A stretch of DNA of 64,000 bases from Candidatus Cloacimonadales bacterium (GTDB lineage Bacteria; Cloacimonadota; Cloacimonadia; Cloacimonadales; JAFGVF01). The stretch lies in contig OY782781.1 of NCBI GenBank assembly GCA_963678315.1, forward strand, positions 1,312,001 through 1,376,000. The letters are read 5' to 3'. A program made the position numbers and the translations under genes. Under the pieces are notes generated by a model. The model saw only the letters and a program-made list of their open reading frames with translations. It was not told the DNA's origin and did not search any database. Every line of letters starts with the position of its first letter. Position 1 is the stretch's first letter. Below, in pieces: positions 60,534 through 64,000 of this stretch.

Positions 60534-61085
60534 ATGGTAGAAATCAGATGGCACGGTCGTGGTGGACAGGGTGGATTCACTGTTTCACGATTACTTGGCA
60601 TGGCTACTTCTTTATATAATGGAAAACATGCGATTGCATTTCCTGCATTCGGACCAGAAAGAAGAGGTGCTCCAGTTCTTGCATTTACAAAGATAGATGA
60701 CAAGAAGATTGATGATAGAAGTGAAGTTGAATATTGTGATTACGTTGTAGTCATGGATGAAACTCTAATTGGTAACCTAACAGCTTCTGGTTTGAAAGAA
60801 GAAACTTTCATTATTATCAATACAACAAATCCTGAGAAGTATGTAAATTCTTTCTTAAAAAGTAATAGAATATTCTATTTAGATGCAACCCAAATAGCCT
60901 TGGATGTCTTAAAAAGACCTATTACAAATACCACAATGCTAGGAGCGTTAATCAAAGTATCTAATATTACAGACCTTGAATCATGTAAAAAGAGTATTGA
61001 TAATGAGTTAAAGCCAGCAATAGCAGAAAAGAACAAACTTGTTATTGAACGTGCTTTTGATCAAGTTAAAGAGTACAGAGGTTAA
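60534..61085 (+). CDS. porC: 2-oxoacid:ferredoxin oxidoreductase gamma subunit
   Basis: EIRWHGRGGQG, FGPERRGAPV, NTTMLGA. Confidence 0.93.
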   Translation: MVEIRWHGRGGQGGFTVSRLLGMATSLYNGKHAIAFPAFGPERRGAPVLAFTKIDDKKIDDRSEVEYCDYVVVMDETLIGNLTASGLKEETFIIINTTNPEKYVNSFLKSNRIFYLDATQIALDVLKRPITNTTMLGALIKVSNITDLESCKKSIDNELKPAIAEKNKLVIERAFDQVKEYRG

Positions 61086-61435
61086 TGATGAAAAAGACAA
61101 AAGATTTATTATCAAAAGATGGTTCAAGACCAGTACATCAAGTTTTTAACAAAAGAGAACATATATCAGAATATCCAACAGGTCCAGGATTTATAGCTGG
61201 TCATTTAGCAGAAGTTAATGCAGGTTGGAGAGTATTCAGACCAATTATAGATGAAGAAAAATGTATCGGTTGCTACAAATGTTATATGGTTTGTCCTGAT
61301 GGAGTAATATTCAAAAAAGGGCAAAAGAGCGTAGCTGTTGATTATGATTATTGTAAAGGATGTGGAGTTTGTGCTCATGAGTGTCCAGTTGATGCAATAA
61401 AAATGGAAAAAGAAAATCATGGAGAGGAAGAGTAA
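61085..61435 (+). CDS. porD: 2-oxoacid:ferredoxin oxidoreductase delta subunit, 2x[4Fe-4S]
   Basis: WRVFRP, CIGCYKCYMVCPD, DYDYCKGCGVCAHECP. Confidence 0.93.
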   Translation: MMKKTKDLLSKDGSRPVHQVFNKREHISEYPTGPGFIAGHLAEVNAGWRVFRPIIDEEKCIGCYKCYMVCPDGVIFKKGQKSVAVDYDYCKGCGVCAHECPVDAIKMEKENHGEEE

Positions 61436-62637
61436 TGAAGTTAGATAATTCCAAAAAACTATTTGTTTCTGGTGATGAAGCAGTTGCTTTAGGTGTTAGA
61501 TTAGCTAAACCTCATGTGATTTCTGCTTATCCTATCACTCCTCAAACTATTGTTGTTGAAAGACTTTCAGAGATGGTGGAAGATGGTTCTTCTTCAGCTG
61601 AGTTTATGCATGTAGAATCAGAGCACTCAGCTTTATCTTCTGCAATGGGTGCATCAGCTGTTGGAGCAAGAGCCTTTACAGCTACCTCATCTCAAGGACT
61701 TCTTTATATGGCAGAAGTACTTAGCTACTGTTCAGGTGGAAGATATCCTGTAGTTATGATGAATGCTAATCGTGCCTTAGCTCTACCTTGGTCTATCTTT
61801 GGTGATCAATCAGATTCATTACTTCTCTTAGGTTCTGGTTGGATTCAATGCTATGTTGAAGATGCTCAAGAAGCATTAGATATGATGATTCAAGCTTACA
61901 AAATTGCTGAAGATCCAAAAGTCTTAACACCTTTCATGGTTAATTTAGATGGCTTCGTTCTTACTCATACTTATGAATTAGTTGATATTCCTAGACAAGA
62001 AGAAGTTGATGCCTTCTTACCTCCTTTCGAGACACCAAACAAGATGAGTTTAGAAAATCCTATGAACTTAGGTTTCTCAACTTCACCAGCTGACAACTTA
62101 GAATTTAAGTTCCAACAACACCAAGCTATGATAGATGCTTTACCAGTTATAGAAAAAGTTGACCAAGAGTTTGGAGATAAGTTTGGTAGATATTATGGTG
62201 GGGTTCTTGAAACATATAATACTGATGATGCAGATCATATAATGATTACTGCTGGTTCTATCACTGGAACAACAAGAGTTGTTGTAGATACTTTAAGAGC
62301 CGAAGGTAAGAAAGTTGGTTTGATTAAGCTTAGATACTTAAGACCAATGCCTGAAGAAGCGATAGTAGAAGCAATCGGTGATGCTAAATCTATTGGTGTG
62401 ATTGATAAAGATATCTCATTTGGTCACGAAGGTACAATCTTTACAAATGTAAATTCTGCTCTTGCAAAAGCAAATGTTAGACTTAAAAAGCATAACTTTA
62501 TTTGTGGTATGGGTGGACGTAATATTGCGAAGAATGATATAAAAGAAATGTTCTCATGTTTAGAGGATTCAGTTGCTGGAAAAGATGTTCCTAGCGTTAA
62601 ATTCATCAATTTAAATACTTCGATTGAAGAAAGATAG
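61435..62637 (+). CDS. porA: 2-oxoacid:ferredoxin oxidoreductase alpha subunit
   Basis: AYPITPQT, ESEHSA, TATSSQGL, DGFVLTH. Confidence 0.93.
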   Translation: MKLDNSKKLFVSGDEAVALGVRLAKPHVISAYPITPQTIVVERLSEMVEDGSSSAEFMHVESEHSALSSAMGASAVGARAFTATSSQGLLYMAEVLSYCSGGRYPVVMMNANRALALPWSIFGDQSDSLLLLGSGWIQCYVEDAQEALDMMIQAYKIAEDPKVLTPFMVNLDGFVLTHTYELVDIPRQEEVDAFLPPFETPNKMSLENPMNLGFSTSPADNLEFKFQQHQAMIDALPVIEKVDQEFGDKFGRYYGGVLETYNTDDADHIMITAGSITGTTRVVVDTLRAEGKKVGLIKLRYLRPMPEEAIVEAIGDAKSIGVIDKDISFGHEGTIFTNVNSALAKANVRLKKHNFICGMGGRNIAKNDIKEMFSCLEDSVAGKDVPSVKFINLNTSIEER

Positions 62638-62645
62638 GAGAGATT

Positions 62646-63545
62646 ATGCAAAATTTAGAAAAGATAACTCCAAGAAATATTACAGATAAAGAACTCTTCT
62701 ATGGTCACAAAGCTTGTGCCGGTTGTGGTTGCGCATTAGCCGTTAGATTAGCATTAAAAGTTATTGGCGATGGTGCTTTTTCTATTCTTCCTGCTGGTTG
62801 TATGTCAGCTGTAGGATTTATCTATCCTCAAATGGCTTTCGTTAATAATGCTATGATTTCTACCTTTCCTGGTGCTTCTTCTTTAGCTTCAGGTGTTGCA
62901 GTTGGTAATAAAGCTCTTGGTAGAAAGGGTACAAAGGCTGTTGTTTTTGCTGGTGATGGTGGTACAGCAGATATCGGTCTGCAAGCACTTTCAGGAACAA
63001 TTGATAGAAACGATGATGTCCTTTATATTTGTTATGATAATGAAGCTTATATGAACACAGGTATTCAAAAAAGTGGCTTAACTCCTTATGGATCCAAGAC
63101 TACAACTACTCCTGCTGGTTCTAATATTGGTGGTTGTGAAACTCATAAGAAACATCTCTTTGAAATAATTGCGGCTCACGATATTCAATATGCTGCAACT
63201 GCTTCTATTGGTTATTACCAAGACTATATTAATAAAGTGCAAAAAGCTATGTCTGTTAAAGGTACTTCTTTCATTCAAGTTGCTGCAAGCTGTCCTACAG
63301 GTTGGGGAACACCTACAGAGACTTCAGTTGAGATAATGAAAGATTCAGTTGATTGTGGTCTATGGTACTTAGCAGAATATGAAAATGGTAAATTCACTCT
63401 TAACAGAGACCCTAAAGAATTTAAAGATGTAGCATCTCATTTAAAGAGTCAAGGAAGATTCAAACACCTTACCGATTCAGATATTGAAGAAATTGTTAAA
63501 CACAGAGATCTTCAATGGGAAAGAATGAGAGCAAACTGGAAGTAA
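62646..63545 (+). CDS. porB: 2-oxoacid:ferredoxin oxidoreductase beta subunit (TPP-binding)
   Basis: ACAGCG, GDGG...DNEAYMNTG.Q, CPTGW. Confidence 0.93.
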   Translation: MQNLEKITPRNITDKELFYGHKACAGCGCALAVRLALKVIGDGAFSILPAGCMSAVGFIYPQMAFVNNAMISTFPGASSLASGVAVGNKALGRKGTKAVVFAGDGGTADIGLQALSGTIDRNDDVLYICYDNEAYMNTGIQKSGLTPYGSKTTTTPAGSNIGGCETHKKHLFEIIAAHDIQYAATASIGYYQDYINKVQKAMSVKGTSFIQVAASCPTGWGTPTETSVEIMKDSVDCGLWYLAEYENGKFTLNRDPKEFKDVASHLKSQGRFKHLTDSDIEEIVKHRDLQWERMRANWK

Positions 63546-63552
63546 ACTTACC

Positions 63553-63865
63553 GGGATTGTAGCCATCCTTGGCTACGAAAGAGAGATACTGGGATTGTAG
63601 CCATCCTTGGCTACGAAAGTGATTAGCGTAAGCATGAACACAGTTCAGCCCTAAAGGGCGGATGCTTACACTCCAGAAAATAAACAGGATTGTAGCCATC
63701 AGTCAAGCCTGACACGGTCCTTGGTAACGAAAGAGAAATACTGGGATTGTAGCCATCCTTGGCTACGAAAGTGATTAGCGTAAGCATGAACACAGTTCAG
63801 CCCTAAAGGGCGGATGCTTACACTCCAGAAAATAAACAGGATTGTAGCCATCCTTGGCTACGAAA
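63553..63865. repeat. BIME-like tandem of two alternating hairpin modules
   Basis: GGATTGTAGCCATCCTTGGCTACGAAA at 63554, 63592, 63687 (interrupted), 63744 and 63839; GCGTAAGCAT...ATGCTTACACTCC twice. Confidence 0.93.
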
Positions 63866-63871
63866 TGATAT

Positions 63872-63903
63872 AAAAAAGCCTAGGTTAAAATGACCTAGGC
63901 TTT
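63872..63903. terminator. Bidirectional terminator
   Basis: AAAAAAGCCTAGGT...ACCTAGGCTTT. Confidence 0.8.
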
Positions 63904-63926
63904 AATTCTATATAAACAATTAGTAA

Positions 63927-64000
63927 TTATTGTTCAAATTTAACATCAAGAACTTTTACAGCTCTAACATCATCAACTCTGCGAACAGGAGTATTGAATG
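63927..64000 (-). CDS. gcvPB: 3' end of glycine cleavage P-protein subunit 2 (partial)
   Basis: Hand translation FNTPVRRVDDVRAVKVLDVKFEQ* resembles the GcvPB C-terminal TPVRRLDE motif; only 24 codons visible. Confidence 0.65.
   Translation of the reverse strand, partial: FNTPVRRVDDVRAVKVLDVKFEQ

Noticed and set aside
5596..63278. Numerous 60-125 aa ORFs nested in or antisense to long genes
   Set aside because: Shadow frames of well-supported CDSs, with no motifs or RBS
63496..63699. 67-aa ORF
   Set aside because: Antisense to the porB end and built from repeats
63553..63865. CRISPR array
   Set aside because: Spacers alternate ~11 and ~68 nt and are duplicated; no cas genes or leader

Overview
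A low-GC chromosomal window from an anaerobic bacterium, most likely Cloacimonadota (FCB group). That assignment is inferred from five secreted proteins with YPNPF-type C-terminal sorting domains, LPVELSSF linkers and the gene content. Housekeeping and metabolic genes include rpsU-cvpA-mutS2-dnaG-rpoD, ndk, a cyclophilin, glutaminase, tRNA-Asp, an Lrp-linked four-subunit 2-oxoacid:ferredoxin oxidoreductase operon, a nucleoside uptake operon and the 3' end of gcvPB. Five observations stand out. (1) An Rrf2-led operon ending in hcp encodes an apparently all-cytoplasmic module: a cupin, a signal-less SBP-fold protein, a HypB/UreG-like GTPase, a permease-less ABC ATPase and a mini HypA-like Zn-finger protein. 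This is a candidate metallocluster maturation or repair system. (2) A two-gene RloA-like AAA_21 ATPase plus HEPN nuclease locus looks like an effector-swapped defence system. (3) A 19-20 bp micro-element is inserted at GA dinucleotides inside two unrelated repeat families, within a set of stacked palindromic intergenic repeats and a two-copy MITE. (4) A TPR-type sigma54 activator is divergent from a secreted beta-helix protein, with a visible -24/-12 promoter and candidate enhancer palindromes. (5) An M6-like protease has lost its zinc ligands. No CRISPR array, transposase, integrase or rRNA was seen. All family assignments come from manual motif recognition, not database searches.
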